Assembly: GCF_006345805.1 (NCBI RefSeq)
Contig: NC_042999.1
Coordinates: forward strand, 154,752,001-154,816,000
DNA from: Octopus sinensis
Lineage: Eukaryota
Length of the DNA: 64,000 nucleotides
Direction: 5' to 3'
Within the stretch, counting starts at the first letter, position 1, and every line of letters begins with the position of its first letter. Below, one piece after another: positions 1-12,464 of the stretch. The notes beneath the pieces were generated by a model, which saw only the letters and a list, made by a program, of their open reading frames with translations, did not search any database and was not told where the DNA came from. A program made the translations under genes and the position numbers.

Positions 1-53
<53 letters not shown>

Positions 54-70
54 TAGTAATAATCATAATC

Positions 71-122
<52 letters not shown>

Positions 123-133
123 TAATAATAACA

Positions 134-211
<78 letters not shown>

Positions 212-215
212 TAAT
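1..215. repeat. (AAT)n microsatellite
   Basis: Direct sequence. Confidence 0.98.
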
Positions 216-221
216 AAAATA

Positions 222-2268
222 GACAACCCAATGACTGGTGTAGCAGCACTATAGTCAACTGCTACAAAGGTAAAGGTGACGCTTTTGATAAAAATAATTA
301 CAGACGTATCAAGTTGTTGGATCAGGTAATGAAGGTCATGGAGAGAGTCATAGCCCAACTAATTAGGGAGAGAGTCAGTTTAGAAGAGATGTAGTTTGGG
401 TTTGTGCCAGGGAAAAGCACAACTGATGCTATATTTCTGGTAAGACAGCTGCAAGAGAAATACCTAGTCAAATATAAACTTCTGTACCGGGCTTTCGTTG
501 ACATGGAGAAAGCCTTTGACAGGGTCCCCCGATCCCTTATCTGGTGGTCAAGGAGGAAACTAGGGATAAATGAATGCTTAGTGAGAGCTGTGCAAGCCAT
601 GTACAGGGACGCTGTCAATAAGGTGAAGGTTGGCAACGAGTACAGTGAAGAATTCCGGGTAGAGGTAGGGGTCCACCAAGGTCAGTCCTCAGCCCCCTCC
701 TATTTATCATAGTCCTCCAGGCAATATCAGAGGAATTCAAGACAAGATGCCCCTGGGAGCTCCTCTATGCTGATGACCTTGCTCTAATTGCTGAGTCACT
801 ATCAGAACTAGCGGAGAAGTTTCGGGTGTGGAAACAAGGATTAGAATCGAAGGACCTTAGAGTCAACCTAGCTAAAACCGAAGTCCTAATAAGTAGGAAG
901 GCAGGCAAACCACAAATCCCTTCAGGTAGTTGGCCCTGCTCAATGTGTAGAAAAGGCGTAGGTAGAAATTCTATAAGATGTACCCAGTGTAAGCTATGGA
1001 CACATAAGAGGTGCAGCAATATCAAAGGAAGATAGTTTTTGTATGTGGCAGGAGGAATAAACACTGAAAATGTGCAAAGAACAACTTCCGCCACATTCCA
1101 GGGAGAAAAACTAGAAGAAGTTGATAGCTTCCACTACCTAAGTCAGTAGCAGGGGAGGGTGCACTGAAAGTGTAGCTACAGAATAAGAATAGCCTGGGCA
1201 AATTTCAGAGAGCTCTTACCTCTGCTGGTGACAAAGGGCCTCTCGTTCAGAGTAAAAGGTAGACTGTATGATGCATGTATATGAACAGCCAAGCCACATG
1301 GCAGTGAAACATGGTCCGTGACTGCTGAAGACATGCATAAGCTTGCAAGGAATGAAGCCAGTATGCTCCGATGGATGTGTAATGTCAGTATTCATACTTG
1401 ACAGAGTGTAAGTACCTAGAGAGAAAAGTTGGACCTAAGAAGCATCAGATGTGGTGTGCAAGAGAGACGACTGTGCTGGTATGGTCATGTGGTGAGAATG
1501 GATGAGCATAGCTGAGTGAAGATGTGCCACACCCTAGCGGTTGAGGGAAACTGTGGAAGTGGTAGACCCAGGAAGACCTGGGATGAGGTGGTGAAACATG
1601 ACCTTCGAACAGTAGGCCTCACTAATGCAATGACTAGTGACCGGGACCTTTGGAAATATGCTGTGTTTGAGTAGACCCGGCAAGCCAAGTGAGACCATAA
1701 CCTCGTGGCCTATGCCAGGGGTGTAACCAGCCCACTTATGCATACCTTTCCTTCATTTGATGCTAAACTCTACTTGTGAAGACCTGTTGAGGCAAGTGAA
1801 ATCGAAATCGAAATCAAATTCGATGACTGGCATCCGTGCTAGAGGAGCTCTAAGAGCACCATCTGAGCATGATCATTGCCAGAGCAGCAAAGTGGCCTCT
1901 GTGCTGGTGGCACATAAAAAGCACCATTTGAGTGTGATCGTTACCAGCATTGCCTTACTGGCACGTGAAAAACATTCGAGTGAGGTTGTTGCCAGTGCCG
2001 CTGGACTGGCTCCTGTGCAGGTGGTACGTAAAAAACACCATTTGAGTGTAGCCATTGCCAGTCACACCTGACGGACCTTCATGCTGGTGGGACGTAAAAG
2101 AACCCACTACACTCTCAGAGTGGTTGGCGTTAGGAAGGGCGTCCATCTGTAGAAAATCTGCCAGATCAGATTGGAGCCTGGTGCAGCCATCTGGTTTGCC
2201 AGTCCTCAGTCAAATCGTCCAACCCATGCTAGCATGGAAAGTGGACGTTAAACGATGATGATGATGAC
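222..2268 (+). mobile_element. 5'-truncated degenerate RTE-clade LINE (RT, PHD-like finger, 3'UTR, (GAT)n tail)
   Basis: Frameshifted RT motifs FGFVPGKSTTDAIF, FVDMEKAFDRVPR, GVHQG and LLYADDL. The 3'UTR ends ...GGACGTTAAAC(GAT)n. Confidence 0.92.
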
Positions 2269-2269
2269 A

Positions 2270-2910
2270 ACACATTAGAAAGTGATAAGTGCAGAATCTT
2301 TGGAGAAACTGGTGAAACCATATGGCATATTACCAGAAGGAATGTAAGCAATGCCATGACAATATATAGCCAGGCTTATCCATTGGACACTTTGCAACAA
2401 GTATGGACTTTACAGTGCAAAAAATTGGTATAACCACAAACCCAAAAGCATTGTTGAAAATAAAAATGCCTAGATCCTGTGGGATTTTATGATTCAGTGT
2501 GACCATGAGATAGAGAATATGAAGCAAGACATAGTCTTAATTGAGAAAGAAAACAAACTATGCTGGATCATAGATATAGCATGTCAAGCTGACAATAAAG
2601 TATGCAGTAAGGAAGAAAGAAAAGTTGAGAGATATGACAGGTTAGCTTGGGAAGTTAAGCAGTTGCGGTCGATGAAAACGGTAGCAGTAGTACCAATAAT
2701 TGTCAGAGCCCTGGGAACAGTGAGCAAAAATCTCGAGAACTACGTGAAACAAATAGGGACTGCAATAAGGGTGGAGCACTGCTTGGAACTGCTTGAATAC
2801 TCTGGAAGGTGCTCGAAAAATTAAAGGTGTTACCTTAGTTCACTAGTAGTGAACAGCTGACACTGTAGTACATCTCCAGTGTTAGAAGCTGTGCAATGCA
2901 ATAATAATAA
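2270..2910 (+). mobile_element. 3' fragment of an RLE-type (R4/Dong-like) non-LTR retrotransposon
   Basis: CCHC remnant, ILWDF.IQCDHEI..DIV..IIDIAC restriction-like endonuclease region, then a 3'UTR with a GTTCACT/AGTGAAC stem-loop running into (AAT)n. Confidence 0.85.
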
Positions 2911-2939
2911 TAATATAATAATAATAATAATATGCAGCA

Positions 2940-3520
2940 CAAGACCAAAGCCTCCCCACCAGAAATTACCAAAAACATATAATGAAAAGAAACATAACAA
3001 GTAACTATAGAATATGTGGAGATGGACAAGAAACAATAAACCATATTATCTCTGGCTGTCCAGTTCTTGCTAAGAAGGAATATATTCACAGACACAACAG
3101 AGTTGGAATTTATATACACTGGAAACTGTGACAATACTATGGAATAACAGCAGAAAAAAGATGGTATAGGCACACACTAGAAAAGGTCACAGAAAACGTG
3201 AAAGCAACCATACTCTGGGATATGCCAATACACACAGACAGAGAAATTAAGGCCAATAGGCCAGATATAGTTATCAGAGATCATCAAGAAAAAAATATTT
3301 TCTTATTGATGTATGAATACCAACAGTTGACAACGTTTCTCTTAAAGAAACTGAGAAACTCTCAAAATACAAAGATCTGAAAATAAAGGTAACTCAAATG
3401 TGGAGTCTAAAACCAGAAACAATTCCTATCATAGTAGGTTCATCAGGTATGATAAAAAACATTCAGACAAATACATAACGAAAACACCAAGACTTACAAC
3501 TATATATAACATACAGAAAA
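2940..3520 (+). mobile_element. Second RLE-type LINE fragment
   Basis: ILWDMPIHTDREIKANRPDIVIRD, with frameshifts. Confidence 0.8.
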
Positions 3521-3563
3521 TATATAGGTTATATGTGTGTGTGTGTGTGTGTGTGTATGCGTG

Positions 3564-3621
<58 letters not shown>

Positions 3622-3624
<3 letters not shown>

Positions 3625-3787
3625 GATGGGCTTCTTCCAGTTTCCATCTACCAAATCCACTCACAAGGCTTTGGTTAATCTGAGGCTATAGTAGAAGACA
3701 CTAGCCCAAGGCACCACGCAGTGGGACTGAACCCAGAACCATGTGGTTGGGAAGCAAGCTACTTACCACACAGCCACTCCAGTGCCT
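3622..3787 (-). mobile_element. SINE family A (tRNA-like head GGAGTGGCTGTGTGGTAAG; octopus OK/OR-type), head part
   Basis: Matches the head of the full copies at 15867 and 34764. Confidence 0.85.
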
Positions 3788-4208
3788 ATGCATGGACTCT
3801 TACAGTGATTGACTTACAGTTTTGTAATATTGATTTTCCATATTGATAATATTTTATCTAACTATTGAATATTGATATTTAATAGTCAAATAGACAGATA
3901 TATGGATTCCAATATATGCAGACAAACTAGATTGAGTTGAAATGTATTCTTTTCCATTAAGGCATATCAAAACTTCCTTGGATAGCTAGAAATAACAGCA
4001 AACATTCTTGAAATCATACCTTATGGCTTAAAAAAAAAAAAGGTAAGAACTATTGCGTTATAGCACTAGACACATACACAATCAGAGTAAAAAAATTATT
4101 ACATGGTCACAGCTGGAACAAAATTAAATTGAGGCTTGCTTGACCTAGGGTTAAATAACAACAGCAACACCACTAACAATGACAACAGTAATAATTCTAA
4201 AGGCTTAC

Positions 4209-4399
4209 TTTCCAATCCACCACCGAGATCCTGTCGAGTTTGTATCTCTTCAGTGTTTGATGTTACCAACAAACTAGACATTTCTTTCTCAACTTCATCG
4301 AGTTTCCCCTTTTGTAACAAATACCGTGGACTTTCAGGTAACCAGATGAACCCCACGAATTGGATGATCGATGGGATCAAGGCAAATCCCATTAGATAT
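4209..4399 (-). CDS. SLC2A13: SLC2A13-like coding exon 3 (191 nt)
   Basis: Acceptor ttctttgcAG|. It encodes (R)YLMGFALIPSIIQFVGFIWLPESPRYLLQKG with the PESPR motif. Best donor is A|GTAAGC at 4208. The poly-Leu tail of the track ORF is intronic microsatellite. Confidence 0.9.
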
Positions 4400-4585
4400 C
4401 TGCAAAGAAATATAACTGTGAAAAACAATCAAAGAATATATCTTTGGCAAATACGGTGTTACTATTTTAAATCTCAGAGGAAATAAAAGAGAAGACTGAA
4501 TTCAAAAGTAATAAATGGTATCAAATGTGATTAAGATAATCATCAGTTTGAAGGCATTCCCTGCCATTTCAGTGGATGAAGAGTC

Positions 4586-4796
4586 TCTTTTCTTTTACTT
4601 GTTTCAGTCATTTGACTGCGGCCATGCTGGAGCACCGTCTTTAATCGAGCAAATCGACCCCAGGACTTATTCTTTGTAAGCCTAGTACTTATTCTATCAG
4701 TGTCTTTTGCCAAACTGCTAAGTTACGGGGACGTAAACACACCAGCATCAGTTGTCAAGCGATGGTGGGGGGACAAACACAGACACAGAAACATAT

Positions 4797-4837
<41 letters not shown>

Positions 4838-5062
4838 GCGGCGAGCTGGCAGAAACGTTAGCACGTCGCGCGAAATGCGTAGCCGTATTTCGTCTGCCGT
4901 TACGTTCTGAGTTCAAATTCCGCCGAGGTCTACTTTGCCCTTCATCCTTTCGGGGTCGATTAAATAAGTACCAGTTACGCACTGGGGTCGATATAATCGA
5001 CTTAATCCCTTTGTCTGTCCTTGTTTGTCCTCTCTATGTTTAGCCCCTTGTGGGTAGTAAAG

Positions 5063-5114
<52 letters not shown>

Positions 5115-5276
5115 GACAGGCTTCTTTCAGTTTCCGCCTACCAAATCCACTCACAAGTCTTTGGTCGGCCCAAGGCTATAGTAGAAAACACTTGCCCAAG
5201 GTGCCACGCAGTGGGACTGAACCTGGAACCATGTGGTTCGTAAGCAAGCTACTTACCACACAGCCACTCCTGCGCC
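4586..5276 (-). mobile_element. Full SINE A, interrupted by SINE B in its internal (TA)n
   Basis: 3' half at 4586-4800, head at 5115-5276. Confidence 0.88.
4837..5067 (+). mobile_element. SINE family B (head GGCGGCGAGCTGGCAGAAACGTTAG, B-box GTTCAAATTCC)
   Basis: Pol III A/B-box-like motifs; many copies in the window. Confidence 0.88.
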
Positions 5277-5309
5277 TAGAAGATTTTCTATAAAAGAATA
5301 TCATCATCA

Positions 5310-5645
5310 TCATCATCATCATCGTTCAGCGTCCGTTTTCCATGCTAGCATGGGTTGGACGGTTCTACTGGGGTCTGTGAAGCCAGAAGGCTTCATCAGG
5401 CCCAGTCAAATCTGGCAGTGTTTCTACGGCTGGATGCCCTTCCTAACGCCAACCACTCCGTGAGTGTAGTGGGTGCTTTTTACGTGCCACCCGCACTGGT
5501 GCCAGACAGAGCTGGCAAACGGCCACGAACGGATGGTGCTTTTTATGTGCCACCGGCATGAGGGCCAGGCGAGGCTGGCAACGGACACGAAACGGGGCGG
5601 TGCTGGCAACGGTCGCGAAACGGAAAGTTCTCTTACATGCCACTG
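5310..5645 (-). mobile_element. RTE 3'UTR/tail fragment with (CAT)n
   Basis: Reverse complement of the 1900-2268 RTE 3' end. Confidence 0.8.
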
Positions 5646-5744
5646 GAGAACCAGATGGCTGCACCAGGCTCACGTTTTGTTTTTGTATATACATGTATGT
5701 GTGTGTGTGTACATTTGAAAAGGCCATTCATTGCTTGAACTTAC

Positions 5745-5904
5745 CGCCAACTTTCATGTTTTATATAGCTGAAGGCTGCAGCTAAAAGAACAGAGAAAAA
5801 CAGACCAAATATTAAAGCAGATTGATTAAGAACCATAGCGTATCCTCTATATTTCGCTGGACTGCTTTCAGCTAAATACACCGGCACTGCCACCGAGGAG
5901 AGAC
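5745..5904 (-). CDS. SLC2A13: SLC2A13-like coding exon 2 (160 nt), absent from the ORF track
   Basis: Acceptor ttccAG| and donor |GTAAGT. It translates as (G)LSSVAVPVYLAESSPAKYRGYAMVLNQSALIFGLFFSVLLAAAFSYIKHESW(R), which carries the sugar-porter PxYxAE..P..RG motif. Phase 1 in and phase 2 out joins exons 1 and 3 in frame. Confidence 0.93.
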
Positions 5905-6571
5905 CTGGAAGAAAGAAGGGCGGACAATTAGGAATAAATTAATTATAAAAACAAATAAATTTTTAGAAAAAATATAATGTGTCTTGAATGGCAAAACAAT
6001 GCAGAGCGGACTATAATAACTGTTATAATTTAATTATTCATAGTCTTATATAATAATAATATTTCAGAATACAAAACTTCCTTCTTCAGATATTGCTAGG
6101 AATTGTAGCAGTGACTCAAACAATTCTTAGTGATATCTACAGATGTAGGCATTAACACACTCAGTGCTGTGGGCATGATAATTAATTGATTAATTAATTA
6201 AGACCATACCTGTATTGAGGAGAGGTAAGCATTGTTGAACAATGTTTAACTCTGCAAAACAGAGGCAAGGGAGAAAATACAAATCAAAAGTGATATTTTG
6301 AAGTGGGTTGGTCTGAGGAGTCCCAATTAATCAGATAATTAAATCAGATAATTAAATTATGTGGTGAAGGATGAGTTGATTTTTGGCAAACATGCTGATA
6401 ATCCAGAATTTGGTTTAATCTAACTTTAATGAAGAATTTAGTAAAATAATCTATCTTAGCAGAAATAGTATATTTTAGCAGAAATATGGTAATAAAAATG
6501 TTAATAATGACAAAAGTTATTTGACAAAATTCTTGGGTCTTATTAAAATTGATTAAGACAAAAGCTATATA

Positions 6572-6802
6572 TATTTCTTTACTACCCTCAAGGGGCTAAA
6601 CACAGAGGGGACAAACAAGGACAGACAAAGGGATTAAGTCGATTACATCGACCCCAGTGTGTAACTGGTACTTAATTTATCGACCCCGAAAGGATGAAAG
6701 GCAAAGTTGACCTCGGCAGAATTTGAACTCAGAACATAGCGACAGACGAAATACGGCTATGTATTTCGCCCAGCGTGCTAACGTTTCTGCCAGCTCGCCA
6801 CC
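6572..6802 (-). mobile_element. Young full-length SINE B with 18-bp TSD
   Basis: TAAGACAAAAGCTATATA at 6554-6571 and 6806-6823. Confidence 0.92.
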
Positions 6803-7384
6803 TTTTAAGACAAAAGCTATATATTTCAACACAAATATGGTAACAAAAAAATTTAGAATTTCCACTAGAACTTCCACTGACTATTATAATTTAAATAGTT
6901 GTTGGTACCTTTTTTTGTGTTAATGCTAATTATCACCAAGCACAAAAGCAATGAGACATGATGAGATGCCTATGAATTTTGTTTGCAGGACGATATCAAA
7001 TGATACAAAACCTCAAGCAAGAAAAGATGATTGTGACCTCAATAGTATTGCTTGGTTGACAGTCTGCCACAACAGATACAGCTTGAATGTCATCATTTTA
7101 GGTTGTCAGTCGCATTCATTGACACGGGTTTCAAATCCACCTCCGCATTACTATCACAGCTATAGTTAATGAGAAGTAAAAAAAAGTCTCCTCTGTTGGA
7201 AAATTTTTCTCAACTCCAACCTGAACAATGAATGGTAGGAGTCTTCTTTGACAAGTAAAAACAAAATGGAATTAATAAAATCAATATATTATATTTTCTC
7301 AGCAGATTCATTCACATCTTAAAAATCAATATATTATTATCATCATTATTATTATTATTATCCAATGTCTTTACACAGCTTTTA

Positions 7385-7485
7385 ACAATGGAGCTGTACT
7401 ACGGTGCCAGCTGTTCACTACCAGTGAACTAAGGCAACACGCCTTATTTTTCGAGCACCATCCGGAGTGTTCGAGCTGTTCCATT
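7385..7485 (-). mobile_element. Extreme 3' end of the RLE-type LINE, inserted in (TTA)n
   Basis: Matches 2826-2905 in reverse; flanked by TTA repeats on both sides. Confidence 0.8.
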
Positions 7486-7608
7486 ATTATTATTATTATT
7501 ATTAGTAGTAGTAGTAGTAGTAGTAGTATTTTATTTTACCAAGATTTTTGCTGGAATTGAAAAATAATCATAACTGAATACTACTTAAGGTGTATACATA
7601 TATATATA

Positions 7609-8169
7609 TCTCTTATTATAAAAGGCAGATTTTATCTGCCTCCCTTTGTCAGTTATAGAAATCTACAATATAGGATTTCTTCAATTACAATTTACCTAGC
7701 ATTTTTAAGAGTAGAATGCATCGGGTCATGCCAGGTCCAGTTTTTAAAATTTAAACTCCAATTAAGCAAAATTTACAGAAAACTCACACTCTGGTGTGTA
7801 TGTCAAATGCTTTTCTTAATGTGGTTTACACCACACGCACACGCACACACACAGTGTGCAACGAATAAAATGAAAGTAATTGGAAGAGAGTAAATAGTGA
7901 CAGAGTGATTTGAGGAAGACTAAACTGAAAGTATTTAAACCACGACTCAAAAAATAAAAAAACACAGCAAACAGAAACAAATAAATACATAACGATTTAC
8001 TCCTCACACAATTTCTTCAATTAGAGTTTACCTAAGATTTTTCAAAGTACTCCATTCGGTCATGCCATAATATATTTCTTTCAATTTCACCCCCAATTAA
8101 GACAAAATTCGAGAAAACTCAATATTTTAACATTTCACTCCGAAAGCATTGATGTACATGTGTGCGTGC

Positions 8170-8210
<41 letters not shown>

Positions 8211-9297
8211 ATGGGTTGTGCGACACAGAAAGTGTGGTGTGTAAGTGAAGTGCTTTTGTTAGTGTGTGTAAAGAGACAGACAGAGTGAAAGACAGAAATA
8301 ACTGAACTTTTTTTTTCACTTTTTGTAGTGAGTGACTGAGAGAGAAAAGAGAGAGAGAGGTTATGTATGTATATATGTATGTATGGCTTCAGTGACACAC
8401 ACACACAAAAACACATACCTACGTACACCTAAAGCACGCACACACACACACACACACACAGCGGAGCGCGACCTTCGAAATTTTGGTAGTATTAATTTGC
8501 GAGCGTACTTCTAAGCGCGCGTAATTGAAAGTTTTCACTATATCATCACGTGCGAAAAAATTCGAAGGGTTTTGAACAATTGAGATACAGATGTCACGCC
8601 TGTATTGAAACCATTGCTAAGCTGCCGTAATTGCTTAATTAAGACTTTTTTTAAATTGAAAGGGGCAATATGTGACGAGGTTGAAAAAAAATACCCCAGA
8701 AAAAAAAATTTACTGCTGGTATTTATATAATTCACTACTATTTTGCTACAATGTCATGAAAAAGAAAAAATTTAGGTATGTAAATCGAATTCGCCACCCC
8801 CTTTTCCCCGTTCGCGTTTGTGTAAAAAAAATTATTATTTAAGTTTTAAAAATTATTTACTTTGTTCAAAAAATATTAATATTAATTAATTTTCAAGAAT
8901 TATTCAATTTTATTCTGTAAAATAGTAATTAATTCATTTATCTGTAAATCCGCGAGGTTGTTACTCAGGCACCTAGAATGGTAACCTTCAACTAACACTA
9001 TCTCCTCCGAGACCCTGCGGCGCAAGTTGACCAAAATTGAGAGTATGGTAGAAGAAGGGTTGCTCTTCCTTCCGTAGAACATAAAATTCAAATCGGACCA
9101 TGTTAACACCAAAAATTATTTACATCAAAAAGATGCTTTTTTCTATGAAAATCCCTATTTTTTACGATTTTTTCACTGCTGTGTCGCCACTTTTCGGTGT
9201 ATTTCGACCAGAAAAATGTTCACAAAATTTTTACTTTTCAAAATTACAATTCCAGCGGGTCGAAACAAACCCGAGCAACGCCGGTCGATACTGCTAG
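7609..9297 (+). mobile_element. Non-autonomous Helitron, ~1.7 kb
   Basis: 5' TC(TCTTATTATAAAAGG), 3' CCCGAGCAACGCCGG hairpin plus CTAG, inserted between A(7608) and T(9298), no TSD. Confidence 0.8.
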
Positions 9298-9374
9298 TAT
9301 ATATATATTTGTAGAACATGCACACATACGTCTGGAATCACAAACAACAATACAATAATCCCTTGCCATATTCC

Positions 9375-9690
9375 ATCATCATCATCATTGTTTAACGTTC
9401 ACTTTCCATGCTGGCATGGGTTGGATGATTTTGACTGAGGGCTGGCGAACCGGATGGCTGCACCAGGCTCCAATCTTGATCTGGCAGAGTTTTTACAGCT
9501 GGATGCCCTTCATAACACCACCCACTCTGAGAGTGTAGTGGATGCTTTTACATGCCACCGACACGGGAACCAGTCAGGTGGAACTGGCAACAGCCACGCT
9601 CAAATGGCGTTTTTTCACATGCCACTGACACAAGTGCCAGTGAGGTGATGCTGGTAACAATCACGCTGGAATGGTGCCTTTTACGTGCGG
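9375..9690 (-). mobile_element. RTE 3'UTR/tail fragment
   Basis: catcatcattgtttaacgttcac start; similar to 5310-5645. Confidence 0.8.
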
Positions 9691-10189
9691 TTCACCTATT
9701 ATGGTTTATCATTTAACCTTACATCGATTCCTCCGTGTTACTGTTTTGCATTTATAATAATAAAATAAATACATACAAATTATAAAAATGATTTTAAAAA
9801 ACATACAGTACAATACTGTTTCTACTTTGTGGATTTTCACCTATCGCAGGGGCTCTTGGAACGTAACACCCACGATAGTTGAGGCATTAGTGTATAAAAA
9901 AAACCAGAATTTTCAAGAGCTTGAAACTTATGAGTGTGTTATTAAGTATATGACTATGTTCAAGTTTAATCTTCTTTTATCAAGGAATTTTCATATTTCC
10001 TTGTTGAATCCTTTCTGTTAATTTGGCTCAATAGCATTCATGACTCATTTGTCTGTTAACCTCTCAAGATGCACACAATCTCATTTTCAAAATAAAGTAA
10101 TGGAGATAGTGCATTTTTAGTGCCCTTTGCAGTAAGACCTAAAGGATCATGGAAATAATTTTGAAACTGATAATAATCATCAATCCTGA

Positions 10190-10460
10190 TAGGTATGGCT
10201 GTGTGGTAAGAAGTTTGCTTCCTAACCACATGGTCCCAAGTTCAGTCCACTGCACAGCATCTGGGGTATGTGTCTTTTACTATCGCTCTTGGCTGATCAA
10301 TGCCTTGTGAATAAATTTGCTAGACAGAAATTGTATGGAAGACTGTTGTGTGTATGTGGACAATAAACTTTGCTTGTGAAGACCTATTGAGGCAAGTGAA
10401 ATCAAATCAAAATTGCTGCCGTGGCCGATGACAGTACCGCCTGGTTGGCACACATTTTGA
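10190..10460 (+). mobile_element. Degenerate SINE-A head joined to RTE 3'UTR sequence
   Basis: GGCTGTGTGGTAAG head followed by GCTTGTGAAGACCTATTGAGGCAAGTGAAATC, which matches ~1772-1803. Confidence 0.65.
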
Positions 10461-11080
10461 AAAGAGGACTGTGCAGATCTCAAAACTTTGATTGACTAAT
10501 GGATTTAAGAATAGTGTTGGGAAACTCCTTTAAAAAAGAAATCAAACTTGAAATAGTTTCCGTCTGTACTTCCTTCCGGTTTTACAAGGTATGTGCAAAA
10601 GCAAATTGGCATAATTTTTGTACATATGTGAAGTTCAGGACGAGGGACATGTGTTGCACCAGACTTTTGTTGACGGATATTCAGAAAAGATGTGGAAAGT
10701 AGCAGGTTCAGATTGGAGGAAACATAAGTTTCATAGATTGGTGAACTGAGGAGATTGTATAGCAAAATAGATGATGAGTGGTAAGAAAGTTGGCAGTGGG
10801 AAGGGTACAAGATACGAGATTGTTCAATTGGTAGAGTGCAGAGATGGTTTAAAGTAATCACGCGTAGGATGACATAGAACTAAGCTTCGCGGTCACAACC
10901 ACAGCTATAGAAATGGAAGGACTGTGTGTAGAGGACAGTAGATTCGAGAGTAGAAGCAACAATGAATCCGGAGGAAAGTATTAGATTATAAAACATGCAG
11001 AAAATAGTTGAAAATAAGTTTTAACAAATAATGATAAATCTCCGAGTGAGATATAAACAGCAGCAGCACGACATCATGAT

Positions 11081-11557
11081 GTATGTTTGCCACCTAAATG
11101 TGGCTGATCCATATGGGACGATACTACTAGAATTTATAGCCCCAGCAAGACATCTCCTTCAGCTGGCTAATGACACACTGTCTGTGCCCTACCAGTATTT
11201 GCAAAAGGAAATCATCTTTCTCATCTCTAGCCTGACGTGATACACACGGACCAGGATTTCTGGGTAGTAACCCGTCATCAGCGCGTGAGAATCGAGATCG
11301 GCGACTTTTTGTCGCTGGAAAAAGCATACATGTTTGCATCCGGTGATTGCCACGCGCTGATGACGGGTTACTACTCAGAAACCCGGGTCCGTGTGTATCA
11401 CGTCGGGCTAGAGACGGGAACGATGATTTCCCTTTGCAAATACTGGTAGGGCACAGACAGAGTGTCATTAGCCAGCTGGAGGAGATGTCTTCCTGGGGTT
11501 ATAAACTACAGTATCATCGTCCCATATGGGTCAGCTACATTTAGGCGGAAAATATAC
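11081..11557. mobile_element. Foldback/MITE-like element, ~207-bp inverted arms with a 63-bp spacer
   Basis: 11081-11287 is the reverse complement of 11351-11557, roughly 85-90% identical by eye. Confidence 0.85.
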
Positions 11558-12392
11558 TTCAGTTTAAACAAAGTTACTGGAAAGCTGTCAGATTTCATTT
11601 GTCAACATAAAGCAACCGCTCTTTGAAAACTCATTTGGAGAAAGAGATTAAGTAGAAAATAATAATATACACAAAAACTAAAAAGAAAGAAAGTAAATAA
11701 ATAACAAATAAATATAGAAACTGCCTGCATTGAGTAAAGTTTGGTGAATATAGATAACAATTAAAACTGTTGCTAAAGGCATAAACAAAATATACAATTG
11801 AAAGTTGAGTTAAGAAAGGATAACAATGGAGACTTAGTCTGTAATAGAGATAAGAATAATAGAAAAGACAGCTGCGAAACCTGACGGTTTTCTACATATT
11901 TTAATGGTTTAGAGTCTTATAACGGAGTAATAGATAGGAGCGTGTTTGTAAGTTGATAATAGTTCAAACCTTAAATGCATACCTTCAGACAAGACGTCTT
12001 TTGTCTTGCATATATTGCAACTCAGTTTTAACCCACAACTTATATGTATGTCGTAGATTCTAGCACTAACCAAAGGATCTTAAATTTATGTATCATTGTC
12101 ATTCCTTAAGCAACCAAATATACTTAGATAATGCTGTGATGAATTTTCTTTCTGGGTTAATAAAGATATTTGTGCTGATAAAGGTGAACAATTAATACAT
12201 ATACAACATAAATAAAAAGGTTCCCCCCCCCACTGTGTTTTACGCTTTGGGGTTTTACATATGGTCTGGTATTGTTCCGTAGAGTTGCGTTTAGTAATAA
12301 CGAGAAACGCCTGTAAAGTTAATGGTGACATATGCACGAACGCCAGCAGGCCGAAACTTGGAAGTCGCTTTCACACCTCTTGTAAAAGTTCA

Positions 12393-12464
<72 letters not shown>

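Noticed and set aside
3780-4200. Search for exon 4 of the transporter (QQLSGIN-type motif)
   Set aside because: None found between 1 and 4208; the gene continues left of the window.
4099-4208. C-terminal extension of the exon-3 ORF (poly-Leu, ending VTM*)
   Set aside because: It lies after the A|GTAAGC donor at 4208 and is encoded by an (AAC/AAT) microsatellite.
10500-10990. 118-aa minus-strand ORF, possible RNase H or LINE remnant
   Set aside because: No motif could be matched convincingly by eye.
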